Assembly: GCA_963664325.2 (NCBI GenBank)
Contig: CAXXDQ010000002.1
Location: forward strand, 192,001 to 256,000
From: Desulfomonilia bacterium
GTDB taxonomy: Bacteria > Desulfobacterota > Desulfomonilia > UBA1062
DNA: 64,000 nucleotides
Direction of reading: 5' to 3'
The notes beneath the pieces are model-generated. The model was not told where the DNA came from and ran no database searches. It saw nothing but the letters and a program-made list of their open reading frames with translations. A program made the translations under genes and the position numbers. Positions 31,287-42,077 of the stretch are shown here, piece after piece (the first letter of the stretch is position 1; every line of letters begins with the position of its first letter).

Positions 31287-32927
31287 ATGAAAAGGTTTTT
31301 TTTGCTGCTTGCTTTATTGGTCGGTTTGAATACTGCCTGTTCCACATCGAATGATAATACAACCGGGACAAACAGCATTGCCCCAGCCGAATCAAATATC
31401 AAGGCAGATGCGATCACATCCGCCCTCAATCAACAGGGATTTGAAGTTGTCAAACAGGTGGTTATAAACGGAGATGTAGGTGTCCTGGCAAAGCTTCCGG
31501 GGAGCCTCGATAACAAACGCTGTATTGTTCTTACTGGGAAGCCATACAGCCTTGGTTATGAGATGGGAAAACTGCTACCGAACGGCACATATAACATGGT
31601 GAAGGTTTATACAGATAACCTTATTGAGGAATATGCCTATGTCAAGAAAGGCACTGTTTTATTCGATATGGTAAAAGAAATGGCTACTTCTGTTGCAAAA
31701 TCGGCTGTTACCAAAGATGGAGCGATACCTGATTATTTAGAAGAAGAAATGAAAGGGGTCGCTGACGGTGCTAACTCAGCCAATTCGTCTTTTAAACAAA
31801 TAACCGCTGATGACGTGCTTGTCCTGAATGAAGGACTGGATTCACTTTATTCAATTCTTTTTACCCACAAACTTCCAAATACCGAGGGTGCCACGCAGGA
31901 TATACTGGGATGTAACGGATTTGTTGTTTCCGGTAACGCAACTGTCGGAGGAAAGGTTTATCATGGCAGGGACTTCATGCTTGCAACCGGTGGCGTCTAC
32001 CAGGACGAAGCACTGATGGCAATCTACATCCCGGACCAGGGCAAACCTTTCGTCACCCTTGGCGCGCCTGGTTTTGTAGGCCAGACAACCGGACTTAACA
32101 TTAACGGCCTGTCAATGGGTGTGGATGTTGTCTTCGGCGGAGCGACCAGAGAAACACCCGGCCTCGGATGTCTGCTTGTAATCAGGGATATAGTTCAGAA
32201 CTGCTCAAACCTTGATGAAGCGGTTGAAAGGATGAAGTCACAGAACAGGGGAGTATCCTGGGTTTATGTTATAGCTGATGATGAGAAGAGCTATAAATAT
32301 ACAAACGGGATTGTCGTCGAGGAAGGGATGGCATTTGATAAAAATAAAAAGGAATTTAACGGCCCTGACATATTACCGCAGTTTATCCAGAACTCAATGG
32401 CGGACCTGATCAGCAAACTGCCTGAGGAAAAACCGGAGAGAGGGGTTATCACAAGGCCTCAGAACTGGGTATATCCTGCTGAATTTATAGGTGTTGATAA
32501 ATTTCCGCCGCAGATAGAGGAATATGACGATGTTGTGATTGCTGCAAACCATTATATTCACCCGAGGATGGTCTTCACTACATTTTCTCTATGGATGCAG
32601 TTTCTTCAGAAGAATTACTGGAAAACTTCAAGAACACTTGACAGGTATGCAGATCTCGAAAAAAGAATTCATGATGTGTATGGGAAAATTGACTTTGAGA
32701 CAGCACGTTATCTTATCGATTTCATGAACCCTAACAGAGAAGAAGATTCAAAAAATAACGGTTATGAAGGGTGGACAAGATATACGGTCAATGGCGAGAT
32801 TCAGGGCTTTCACGCCTTGTACGACAATCAGGATCTGATAATGGAATGCCTCTATGGATATTACAAGCCTGATGAGCCGTGGGTCAGGATCGACCTTAAA
32901 CCATTCGCTGATATTGCCGATCAATGA
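31287..32927 (+). CDS. Lipoprotein C45-family Ntn hydrolase (autoproteolytic acyltransferase/hydrolase)
   Basis: Lipobox NTAC, EEMKGVADG, G|CNGF nucleophile, HGRDF, G.N.NG, ANHY. Confidence 0.75.
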   Translation: MKRFFLLLALLVGLNTACSTSNDNTTGTNSIAPAESNIKADAITSALNQQGFEVVKQVVINGDVGVLAKLPGSLDNKRCIVLTGKPYSLGYEMGKLLPNGTYNMVKVYTDNLIEEYAYVKKGTVLFDMVKEMATSVAKSAVTKDGAIPDYLEEEMKGVADGANSANSSFKQITADDVLVLNEGLDSLYSILFTHKLPNTEGATQDILGCNGFVVSGNATVGGKVYHGRDFMLATGGVYQDEALMAIYIPDQGKPFVTLGAPGFVGQTTGLNINGLSMGVDVVFGGATRETPGLGCLLVIRDIVQNCSNLDEAVERMKSQNRGVSWVYVIADDEKSYKYTNGIVVEEGMAFDKNKKEFNGPDILPQFIQNSMADLISKLPEEKPERGVITRPQNWVYPAEFIGVDKFPPQIEEYDDVVIAANHYIHPRMVFTTFSLWMQFLQKNYWKTSRTLDRYADLEKRIHDVYGKIDFETARYLIDFMNPNREEDSKNNGYEGWTRYTVNGEIQGFHALYDNQDLIMECLYGYYKPDEPWVRIDLKPFADIADQ

Positions 32928-32964
32928 GCATTGTCTGGATTTCAGATCAGTGAAGAATCCGAGA

Positions 32965-33465
32965 TCAATAGATTTTCAGCCGGAGTTCTTTGCTTGAGGG
33001 TCCTTCATTCAAAGCCGCGGCTTTGATGGACAGTCTTTCAAGGTCTTTTGATTTGGCCGATTTGAACCAGTGCTTTTTCACATATCCGTTTTTGTCAAGC
33101 AGCATGACCCTGAACGACTTGCTGTTATTGCGTATGGATGCTGCTGTTGCCAAATCTGTGTGAAAGCCGGAATCATTTTCCTTAACCGGACATGAAACAA
33201 CAGTAATGATGTTGGAATCGGTTAAAGCCAGTTTCTTGATTTCGTCATATTGTTTTTTGAAATCAGTGTTATTCATATCCGGCGTTTCAATAAGCAGCAG
33301 CATGGGCTGCTTGTCTGCATCATCAAGTATGTCGGCATATTCAATCAATTTTGTTGATCTGTAAGCATTCCCCTCCTGATCCATGAACGTGAAGTCAACC
33401 ATGTCAGGTACTGGTTCATTAGGTGTCGACATCAATAATATTGCCGCTACAATAAGTATGACCAT
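32965..33465 (-). CDS. Hypothetical exported protein (DUF4174/thioredoxin-like)
   Basis: N-terminal hydrophobic segment; FRVMLLDKNG.VK. Confidence 0.5.
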   Translation of the reverse strand: MVILIVAAILLMSTPNEPVPDMVDFTFMDQEGNAYRSTKLIEYADILDDADKQPMLLLIETPDMNNTDFKKQYDEIKKLALTDSNIITVVSCPVKENDSGFHTDLATAASIRNNSKSFRVMLLDKNGYVKKHWFKSAKSKDLERLSIKAAALNEGPSSKELRLKIY

Positions 33466-33594
33466 GATTTTTGTTCTTGCCCCCGATTTTGCATAAGACT
33501 TTATTGCAAATATGACTTGATTTCAAGCAGGTTTTAAAAATCACGGATGGCAAAATTGCTTTTGTTGATGTAAAATTCTTCCGAGGTAAAAATT

Positions 33595-34554
33595 ATGTGG
33601 ACTTTTGATTACATCAGACAATCATGCAGGTTCGTAGCCGAGAACGCTGAATTTGTGCATATCAGGCAGGATATAATTGATGATTACGCGGAGAAGCTCG
33701 CGAGTGTCAAGCCCGATAAACCGCATATGGATGCTGCATGCCATTATATAGGGCATGGAGATGATACGGCTGCTTATCTGGTTATATTGAATTCAATAAA
33801 TTTCGGTTCCGGTTATTTCCCCTATTTAAAAAAGAGGCCTGACATGTCCGGATATTATACGATTGCATCTGGATTGAATGATTATTTTAAAAAAATCCCG
33901 CTAACGGCAAGGGATTTGACAAATATATCATCTGAGGATTGTGCGGCAATATTGGGACAGGAAAAGGGTAATCGTGTCGTGCACGAGTTAATGGAGCTTT
34001 ATGCAACTTCACTCAGGGATCTCGGGAATTATATTGTAACTCATTATGATTCAAGTTTCCTTAATTTGATTGAAAAATCAGGGGCGTCCTCCGAGAAGCT
34101 TGTTGAAATCCTATCAGCCATGCCATTTTTCAAAGATACAGCTGAATACAAAGGCATCCAGGTTGCTTTTTTCAAAAGGGCTCAGATACTCTCGCTTGAT
34201 CTTAATATAGCCTTTAACGGCCAGGGAATTGGCAGGTTCGACGATCTGGATAAGCTGACAATGTTTGCAGACAACCTTGTGCCTCATGTGCTCAGAGTTG
34301 ACGGGATTCTGGAATATGAAGACAACCTGGCGTCGAGAATTGACAATTCTGAACTAATCTCACCGGGTTCTCCTGAAGAAATTGAAATTAGGGCGTGCGC
34401 AGTTGATGCCGTTGAAAGAATTTCTCAGACAATGGGAGGTTATTCGAAAGGTGCATCTCCCGCAATTGTTGATAATATTCTCTGGCACAGGGGGCAACAG
34501 CCCTATTATAAGAAATTAAAGCCAAGACACAGAACGCGTACGGTATTTTACTGA
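33595..34554 (+). CDS. Queuosine salvage protein (DUF2419/QNG1-like N-glycosylase)
   Basis: INFGSG, FFKRAQI, T.FADNLVPHVLR..G.L.Y, E.EIRA, D..LW, HRTRTVFY. Confidence 0.85.
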   Translation: MWTFDYIRQSCRFVAENAEFVHIRQDIIDDYAEKLASVKPDKPHMDAACHYIGHGDDTAAYLVILNSINFGSGYFPYLKKRPDMSGYYTIASGLNDYFKKIPLTARDLTNISSEDCAAILGQEKGNRVVHELMELYATSLRDLGNYIVTHYDSSFLNLIEKSGASSEKLVEILSAMPFFKDTAEYKGIQVAFFKRAQILSLDLNIAFNGQGIGRFDDLDKLTMFADNLVPHVLRVDGILEYEDNLASRIDNSELISPGSPEEIEIRACAVDAVERISQTMGGYSKGASPAIVDNILWHRGQQPYYKKLKPRHRTRTVFY

Positions 34555-34583
34555 TTTTGATAATGTTATGATGATATGAATAT

Positions 34584-36083
34584 ATGAGTTACAAAAAAAT
34601 CCTGTTTTTCTTAATATGTTATTTTACATTTTCAGGACAGATGCTGGCATCCGAGAAAATTCTTACTGTCGGCATATGCGGACCAAAACCCGATAACAAC
34701 AGGTTTTTTTCATATATAACCGATGCCGAAAAAATTATAGCAGGAACGGTTTTCAACTCACTTTTCAAATATTCTCCCGTCAATCCAAATTCGGTTGAAC
34801 CGGAACTCGCTGAAAGCATACCGAAACCCAGAATGTCTGGCGGCAAGCAGAACTGGACATTTACAATCCGGAAAGGTGTAATGTTTCACGACTTGCCTAG
34901 CTGCAGGGATTATGAACTTGAAGCAGATGATGTTGCATATTCCATAAACTTGCTTGCCGGTCAGGATAACGGTAAATTTCCTTCAGGTATACAGGTGCGT
35001 ATTGAATCGCGAAACAGGATCACCCTTATCCTTGACAGGCCTTTATCACCGAACCTGTTTTTACCAAAACTGACAGGGTACAACGGACTTTATATCATAA
35101 GCAGGAAAATCCTGGAAGAAGAGGGCCTGATTTCAGGGACTGGCCCGTTTATGTTTGTCTCCTGGACTGCAGATAATTGCATCGATCTGACGGCAAACAA
35201 ATCTTATTTTATGGGAATGCCAGATATTGATTGCGTCAGATTCGTTTTCAGCTCGGATATGTTGAGAATGGAACAGGACTTGTTTAGCGGTGATCTGGAT
35301 GTATTGATACCCCCGAAAGGCTATTGCAAACCGGTTAAAAATGATGAGAACCTCAAATATTTTTATTTTTACAGCGGCCGTTTTATATATCTTGGATTCA
35401 ACCCGCAAACCGTGCCTTTTAATGATGTGGAACTCAGAAAGCTAATAGCGATAAATATTGACAGAGATGCAATATGCTCCCAGATGGATGGATGCGAGAG
35501 GCTGTACGGACTGGCTCCCCAGGAGACTCCGGAGGGCATGACCCGGGATGAAATTAAGAAGCTTGGTCTTGATTACGGATACCAGGAAGGTTTAAAAAAA
35601 TATCTGCCTGTTCGGGCAGGAAAAACTGTAGATAATACGGTTGATTTCTGTACGAACGATAAGACCGTTCCGAAAGAAATACTCAGCTCGATCCAGCACT
35701 CATTGGCGGATATGGGACTCGAAACAGCCACAGGTGATTCTGCAAGCAACATTCAAACATGCATGGAGAACTCTTCCGGACTGAAACTGTTGTCAATTGG
35801 CGTTCCCGAAAATATCCAGGCGCTGCTGGACGTCTTAATAGCCAGCGGAGCAATTGAGAAAAAATATAAATATCTGATTGAAGCTTTTATGAAAGAAACC
35901 TCGAACAATAAACAGGGTGAGATATTAAAACATGCTCAAATGAAGATTCTATCGGATCTCAATATCCTGCCGCTTTTATTCTTAAGGGAATCTATTATGT
36001 CCGGTAAAAGAATTCGTCTGGGATACGATTGCAGCCGGCAGCCGTTTTTCACGGTCACTGAAAAAACGGGGTTTGTCGATTGA
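34584..36083 (+). CDS. Family 5 (Opp/Dpp-like) solute-binding protein, orphan
   Basis: PELAES, WTFTIRKGVMFH, ADDVAYS, GTGPF, PFND..LR. Confidence 0.75.
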   Translation: MSYKKILFFLICYFTFSGQMLASEKILTVGICGPKPDNNRFFSYITDAEKIIAGTVFNSLFKYSPVNPNSVEPELAESIPKPRMSGGKQNWTFTIRKGVMFHDLPSCRDYELEADDVAYSINLLAGQDNGKFPSGIQVRIESRNRITLILDRPLSPNLFLPKLTGYNGLYIISRKILEEEGLISGTGPFMFVSWTADNCIDLTANKSYFMGMPDIDCVRFVFSSDMLRMEQDLFSGDLDVLIPPKGYCKPVKNDENLKYFYFYSGRFIYLGFNPQTVPFNDVELRKLIAINIDRDAICSQMDGCERLYGLAPQETPEGMTRDEIKKLGLDYGYQEGLKKYLPVRAGKTVDNTVDFCTNDKTVPKEILSSIQHSLADMGLETATGDSASNIQTCMENSSGLKLLSIGVPENIQALLDVLIASGAIEKKYKYLIEAFMKETSNNKQGEILKHAQMKILSDLNILPLLFLRESIMSGKRIRLGYDCSRQPFFTVTEKTGFVD

Positions 36084-36188
36084 ATCAACCAACAACCTAG
36101 GGCAGAGGTTATGGACGTGCCAATAAAAGTATGATAGCTGCATAACTTGAAAGTAACCATAATAACCTATTCTAGTAAGGAGGAAACC

Positions 36189-36935
36189 ATGAAAGTCTTT
36201 AGATCGTTTTTATTAATAGTTCTGGCAGGCTTAATAATTTCCGGTCCCGCATTTTCAGCTGAGCTGTTAAAAGTCACAGTGTTCACCGATGCCACATGGC
36301 CGCCGATGGAAATGGTTGACAAGAACAAGAATATTGTCGGGTTTGAAATTGATCTTTTCAATGCAATAGCAAAAGAAGCCGGTTTTAAGGCTGAATATAA
36401 AAATACCGCATGGGATGGAATTTTTGCTGCAATGAAGGGGAACAAATACCCTAATGCATGTGCTTTATCTTCGATTACAATTACCGAAGAAAGGAAAAAA
36501 ACTTATGATTTTTCCGACCCGTACATTACCGTAAACCAGGTCCTGGTGGTTCCCAAGACTCAGAAAGTTCAAACCATGGAAGACATGAAAGGGAAAAAAA
36601 TAGGAGCCCAGATAAGTACAACCGGGGCCATGGAATCAAAAAAGTATACGGATGTCATTACAAAGACATATGATGAAATCGGACTTGCATTTGCAGACAT
36701 GGCAGCCGGAAGGATCGACGGTGTCATATGTGACACACCTGTAGCAAGGGATTATGCACTTCATAAATCAGAGTACAAGGACAAGCTGAAAATTGGACTG
36801 GAAATTCCAACCAAAGAGCAGCTTGGCATCATGACCAAAAAGGGTGACAAGAAGATTCTTGACCTTATCAATAAAGGACTCAGGGCAGTAAAAGCCAAGG
36901 GTACAGACAAGCTGATTGAAAAGAAGTGGCTGTAA
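36189..36935 (+). CDS. Polar/basic amino acid ABC transporter substrate-binding protein
   Basis: AAGGAGG RBS; DATWPPME, GFEIDL, TAWDGIF, ITITEERK. Confidence 0.9.
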   Translation: MKVFRSFLLIVLAGLIISGPAFSAELLKVTVFTDATWPPMEMVDKNKNIVGFEIDLFNAIAKEAGFKAEYKNTAWDGIFAAMKGNKYPNACALSSITITEERKKTYDFSDPYITVNQVLVVPKTQKVQTMEDMKGKKIGAQISTTGAMESKKYTDVITKTYDEIGLAFADMAAGRIDGVICDTPVARDYALHKSEYKDKLKIGLEIPTKEQLGIMTKKGDKKILDLINKGLRAVKAKGTDKLIEKKWL

Positions 36936-37729
36936 ACTCTGATCATTCAAAGGGTCATCCCGTTCAGGTAATCGAAGTAGGGGATGGCGTAGCCATCCCC
37001 GTCAAATCAGACACGGGATTGTTCACAGCCTGGAGAATCTCGTTTTTCGGTGCTATTGCCGCCTTTATAGCCCTGATTGTTTTTAAACCCGATCCATACC
37101 TGAGCATAATCAAGTTTGTTCCTGACGGCATTCTTATAACATTTCAGGTTACCGTTGAATCGATTCTTCTGGCGCTTGTGATAGGGCTCTTTACCGGGCT
37201 GGGCAGAATCTCTAAAAACAGATATGTCAATGGCGTCGCATCGCTCTATGTTGAGATTATCAGGGGTATCCCGCTTTTAGTTCAGCTTTTTTACATCTAT
37301 TACGCCCTGGCCAAGTTCGTCAATATTCCGGATATGTTGAGCGCTGTTATTGCAATGGCTGTCTGTTACGGGGCATACATGGGGGAGGTGTTCAGGGCCG
37401 GGATTCAGGCGATTTCAAAAGGTCAGATGGAAGCGGCGCGTTCGCTGGGCATGACATCATCACAGGCAATGATACATGTAATTCTTCCCCAGGCAGTGAG
37501 GACGATCCTGCCGCCGGTCGGCAATGAATTCGTGGCGCTGTTAAAGGATTCGTCGCTGGTTTCAATCCTTGCCGTATCCGACCTGCTCAGAAGGGGCAGG
37601 GAGTATGCATCTGAGACATTCACCTATTTCGAGACTTATACTGTTATAGCTCTGGTTTATCTTATTATTACGCTGTTTTTCTCTAAACTCATAAGCATCA
37701 TGGAGGAAAGGGTAAATGCCGGAAAATAA
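36926..37729 (+). CDS. Amino acid ABC transporter permease
   Basis: [26 protein letters not shown]. Confidence 0.92.
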   Translation: MAVNSDHSKGHPVQVIEVGDGVAIPVKSDTGLFTAWRISFFGAIAAFIALIVFKPDPYLSIIKFVPDGILITFQVTVESILLALVIGLFTGLGRISKNRYVNGVASLYVEIIRGIPLLVQLFYIYYALAKFVNIPDMLSAVIAMAVCYGAYMGEVFRAGIQAISKGQMEAARSLGMTSSQAMIHVILPQAVRTILPPVGNEFVALLKDSSLVSILAVSDLLRRGREYASETFTYFETYTVIALVYLIITLFFSKLISIMEERVNAGK

Positions 37730-38462
37730 CAGGCGCAAAATGGTGGAAATAAAGAATGTGAGCAAGTTCTTCGGTACGCTCAAGGCGCTTGATAACGTAT
37801 CGATTGATGTTTACGACGGTGAGAAGGTTGTTATTATAGGTCCCAGCGGGAGCGGAAAGAGCACGCTGCTCAGGTCGATCAACAAGCTGGAAATGATAGA
37901 CAGAGGCAGTATTACAGTCGATGGATATGATTTGTACGATAAAAAAACAGATATAAATAAAGTCAGGGAGGAGGTTGGAATGGTGTTCCAGGCATTTAAC
38001 GTTTTTCCGCACAAGACCGTTATCGAAAACCTGACTCTGGCTCAGACTGTAGTAAGAAAACGCTCGAAGGAAGATGCAAAAAAAAATGCAGTTGAACTGC
38101 TTGGCAAGGTGGGTATTCTCGAAAAAGCCGATATATATCCCGCCAAACTTTCAGGCGGTCAGCAGCAGAGGGTTGCCATAGCAAGGGCTCTTGCAATGCA
38201 GCCGAAGCTTATGCTTTTCGATGAACCGACATCCGCATTAGACCCCGAAATGATAGGTGAAGTTTTAGATGTTATGGTTAGGCTGGCCAGGGAAGGTATG
38301 ACAATGATCGTCGTCACTCATGAGATGGGTTTTGCCCGTGAAGTTGCAGACAGGGTCGTATTCATGGACGAAGGAAAAATACTTGAAGAAGGTAGTCCCG
38401 AACACTTTTTTAAAAATCCTGAACATGAGAGGGCAAAACAGTTTCTGAGCCAGATTCTTTAA
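37716..38462 (+). CDS. Amino acid ABC transporter ATPase (GlnQ-like)
   Basis: [27 protein letters not shown]. Confidence 0.95.
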   Translation: MPENNRRKMVEIKNVSKFFGTLKALDNVSIDVYDGEKVVIIGPSGSGKSTLLRSINKLEMIDRGSITVDGYDLYDKKTDINKVREEVGMVFQAFNVFPHKTVIENLTLAQTVVRKRSKEDAKKNAVELLGKVGILEKADIYPAKLSGGQQQRVAIARALAMQPKLMLFDEPTSALDPEMIGEVLDVMVRLAREGMTMIVVTHEMGFAREVADRVVFMDEGKILEEGSPEHFFKNPEHERAKQFLSQIL

Positions 38463-38513
38463 GGCCCAAACCGATTGACAACTATTTAATCTCTATGTAA
38501 AGACTCAACGCAT

Positions 38514-38585
38514 GCCAGCGTAGCTCAGTGGTAGAGCAGCTGATTCGTAATCAGCAGGTCAAGGGTTCAACCCCCTTCGCTGGCT
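38514..38585 (+). tRNA. tRNA-Thr(CGU)
   Basis: GCCAGCG acceptor stem, CTGATT-CGT-AATCAG anticodon arm, GGTTCAACCCC; followed by TCA, not CCA; TTGACA at 38475. Confidence 0.95.
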
Positions 38586-38624
38586 TCAGTTCTTATTCGA
38601 TACAGGTTGTATCCGGAGGTGGAT

Positions 38625-39110
38625 ATGCAGGGAGAAAGTAAAAAATCTTTGTTCAATCCAATAATAGTAATGTCGATAATTATTTTCATCGTGGGATTCG
38701 GCCTGGGTTTCTATATCTGGGGCTATAATAAGGCTGAAAAAAAGGATTACAAGGAAATGCTTAGGGATGCAATCAGCTATATTGACAGCATGGAACGCTT
38801 AAATTCTGACATGTCCAAGGAGATTGATGGACTTAAAAAGGATAACAGCATGCTGAAAAGTCCTTCAAATGCTCAGCTTGTCGGTCTCCAGTCAAAGATT
38901 CTTTCGCTTCAGAACGAAAATGCAAACCTGAGGGCAATGGCCGGTCAAAGCCAATATCTTATACAGGAAAATGCCAGGCTCAATACAGAAATTCAAATGC
39001 TCAGATCCAGGCTTGGATCTTCATCAATGCCGGACATGCAGCAGGTTGCGCCCCAGCAGGGCATGAACACAATGCCACCGGCTGCGGGTGGACAGAAGGT
39101 TAAGCCGTAG
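38625..39110 (+). CDS. Membrane-anchored coiled-coil hypothetical protein
   Basis: GGAGGT RBS, one TM helix, heptad-like region. Confidence 0.7.
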   Translation: MQGESKKSLFNPIIVMSIIIFIVGFGLGFYIWGYNKAEKKDYKEMLRDAISYIDSMERLNSDMSKEIDGLKKDNSMLKSPSNAQLVGLQSKILSLQNENANLRAMAGQSQYLIQENARLNTEIQMLRSRLGSSSMPDMQQVAPQQGMNTMPPAAGGQKVKP

Positions 39111-39112
39111 AA

Positions 39113-40571
39113 TTAGTACTGGTCGATTATTTTAACAAATGATTCCGCAAGATACGGATCGAACTGAGTACCTTTACACCGTTTTATTTCAAGGATCGCC
39201 TGTTTTGTGCTTAGTGCAACCCTGTATGGTCTTTCAGAAGTCATTGCGTCAAACGTGTCAGCCAGGGCAATAATTCTTGAGAGCAGCGGAATATCATTAC
39301 CTTTAATTCCTGACGGATATCCTTTTCCATCATAACGCTCATGATGGTGTCTGATTATTTCAGTCTCACGCTGCATTATGGATATTGATTTTAGAATATC
39401 GGCACCGATATCAGGGTGCTTTTTGATTACAGAAAATTCTTCCTGTGTTAAAGGGCCGGGTTTCAAAAGTATGCTGTCTGGAATTCCGACCTTCCCTATA
39501 TCATGCAGTTTGGATGAAACATAGAGAATATCCCGGTCTATCTCATCCAGACCGAGATGATCAGCCTGCATTATAGCAAGGGATGTCACTCTGGTTGAAT
39601 GCTGAGATGTATAAGGGTCTCTGGCATCCATGATTTTTGCCATACTGTAGAGCGTTGAGAGTGTGTTTTCATATAGTTCCTGATAAAGAACCACGTTTTC
39701 CATCCGTTCTGCAGTTCTCTGAAGCAGGTATAGTATCTTGTGTTCATTATCTGTTGTAAGGACAACACTGGTTTTGATACTCAAGATTCCGAATATCTGG
39801 CTTTCAATTATGAGCGGGAAAAACGTATTTATGCCTTTAGTGTTTTCCCATATGCATTCTTTTCTTGAAACATGTCCTTTCAGGAAATTATCATCAAAAA
39901 TAATATTTCCTTCAGATGTGGCAAGGGATCCGTCATATTGGGTTACTGGGAAAAAGCTGACTTGTGATTCAGGAAATAATTCTCTGGCGAGGTCTATTAT
40001 TGCATTGATTAGCTCATGCACTCCTTTAAGCCGGGTGATTCTGTAGGACATATTTTGAAGAGAATTGATTTCCTGAGATTTGTCTTCTATCTGTTCTGTA
40101 AGATTGTCGATCATGCGGTGGAAATCTAATTCTTCGGAGAAGCGCCGGTTCTCTTCAAGTATGGATTTTTCACGTTTAGCCTTATTTATAATGTATTGGA
40201 TCTGTTTTATTTTGAATGGTTTGGTAATAAAATCTGATGCGCCCTGCTTCATTGCATCAATGGCCATTTCAATAGAGGCATGTCCTGTAATCACTATGAC
40301 AGGCAGGCTCATGTCTTTTTCCTTAATTTTCTTAATGAGTTCAATGCCAGTCATGTTGGGCATCATTGATATCGGTCAGTACACATAACAGCGGACCTGA
40401 ATCCAAAAGAGCGCATGCCTGTATTCCATCTTCTGCTGTAAGCGTTTCAAAACCCTGTTCAGCCAGTATTGTAGAAAGTGTATCTCTGATTCCAGGATCG
40501 TCATCAACGATCAGAATTCTTTCCTTAATGGCTGTTTCGCTTTCTTCAGCTGGTTCTGTCGTATCAGTCAT
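39113..40571 (-). pseudogene. REC-(GAF-like)-HD-GYP cyclic-di-GMP phosphodiesterase response regulator, split by a 1-nt frameshift at about 40367
   Basis: ILIVDDD...VLTDI | MMPNMTG joins if one A is removed; LHDIGK, HHERYDGKGYP intact. Confidence 0.8.
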
Positions 40572-40655
40572 GATTTAAAACCTTCTTTCCAAGTTATATT
40601 TCTAATCAGGCAAGCAAACTATTTATCGAAAGGAAATTGAATAAACTTTAATAAT

Positions 40656-41678
40656 TTATTGGTTTTTAAGGGATTTTAGGTGTTCTATTCCTAGACTGTG
40701 CTCGCTGAAGGTTCGTGAGAAGAGGTGACGGCCGTTGCCTCTTGATACAAAGAATAGATATCTGGAATCTTCAGGCCAAAGAGCCGCTTTAATGGAACTT
40801 TTACTCGGACTGCAAATCGGCCCAGGCGGAAGTCCTGGATACAGATAAGTATTGTAGGGGGTATCCCTCCTCAGGTCATCAGGCTCGATCTCCCTTCTGA
40901 AACCCGGAAGTCCGTATATGGCAGTGGGATCTGACTGCAGCTTCATTCCCAGGTGGAGTCTGTTGTGGAATACGGAGGAAATGATTGCCTTTTCGTCTTC
41001 GCACTGTGCCTCCTTTTCTATCATTGACGCAAGCGTCAGTACTTGAAGCTCAGTAAAATCTATCTGCTTTGCCCTCAATTTCATTTCAGGAGAATACTTT
41101 TCTTTGAACCTTGTCACCATGCGGTCAATTATTTCATTCGGAGTCATATGCGGTATTATTTCATATGTGTCAGGGTATAGAAATCCCTCCATACTGGGTG
41201 CGTTAACTCCGAATATCTTTGTGGTGTCTTTTGACTTGGCAATTCTGATAAAATCCTCTTTGGAAAAATATATTTTTTCCGATTCAAGCCTTTGTGCAAT
41301 ATCATAAATATTGTATCCTTCTTTTATGGTTAACCTGTATTTGACATAGTCGCCCACGAAGAGCATCTTCAAGATCTCATCAGGATAGTGGTTTCCATCA
41401 AAGCGGTAAGTCCCGGCACGCAGGTTTTTAGCCTTCTGCCTGACCATGGCAAGGGCCATAAACATGGGTGCGTTTGTGACTATATTGTTCTCCTTCAGGG
41501 TCTTGGATATTTCCCAGGCGCTGGTCCCCGGCTTTATCTCGACTGAAATAAGTCTGCCAGGAGAGATGGGCGTATATGAAAACAGTAATATACCTCCGGC
41601 AAGGCCGCATATAAGAACAAACAGAACTGTTATCAATATAATTCTAATTTTTTTCTTTATCATGATTTTTCGAGTCAA
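40656..41678 (-). CDS. mltG: Endolytic transglycosylase MltG
   Basis: EGFLYPDTY, LASMIEKE, LQSDPT, PYNTY...GLPPGPI. Confidence 0.93.
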   Translation of the reverse strand: MTRKIMIKKKIRIILITVLFVLICGLAGGILLFSYTPISPGRLISVEIKPGTSAWEISKTLKENNIVTNAPMFMALAMVRQKAKNLRAGTYRFDGNHYPDEILKMLFVGDYVKYRLTIKEGYNIYDIAQRLESEKIYFSKEDFIRIAKSKDTTKIFGVNAPSMEGFLYPDTYEIIPHMTPNEIIDRMVTRFKEKYSPEMKLRAKQIDFTELQVLTLASMIEKEAQCEDEKAIISSVFHNRLHLGMKLQSDPTAIYGLPGFRREIEPDDLRRDTPYNTYLYPGLPPGPICSPSKSSIKAALWPEDSRYLFFVSRGNGRHLFSRTFSEHSLGIEHLKSLKNQ

Positions 41679-42075
41679 TGTAGTTTTGCAAAATTATACT
41701 TGCAGCAAGGGAATCGACAATCCTCTTTCTTTTTTTGTGCTTTATGTTTATGGAGGCAAGCATGTCATGTGCCTCAAATGTTGAAAGCCTTTCATCCCAT
41801 AGATTAACAGGGATTCCAAGTGTTTCTTTCAGTGATGTTGACCATTGGATCACTGCATTGCCTGAAGGCCCAAGTGTTCCGTCCATGTTGTAAGGAAGGC
41901 CGATGACTATCTCTTCAACATTATAGTCGCTGATCAGCTTGATAATGGTTTTATAATGAGAATCATCTGGCCGGACATCGATGATTGATAATGGGACGGA
42001 CATGGTTTTCTCAGGATTGCTTATTGCAATACCAAACCTTTTGACCCCGTAGTCAATTGACATTATGATTCCCAT
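41644..42075 (-). CDS. ruvX: YqgF/RuvX pre-16S rRNA nuclease
   Basis: DYG.KR.GIA, GLP.NMDG, DERLST, DS.AA.IILQ. Confidence 0.93.
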   Translation of the reverse strand: MGIIMSIDYGVKRFGIAISNPEKTMSVPLSIIDVRPDDSHYKTIIKLISDYNVEEIVIGLPYNMDGTLGPSGNAVIQWSTSLKETLGIPVNLWDERLSTFEAHDMLASINIKHKKRKRIVDSLAASIILQNYIDSKNHDKEKN

Positions 42076-42077
42076 AT

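Noticed and set aside
30615-38588. Genomic island or prophage at the two tRNAs
   Set aside because: No integrase, transposase, phage gene or duplicated tRNA 3' end was seen.
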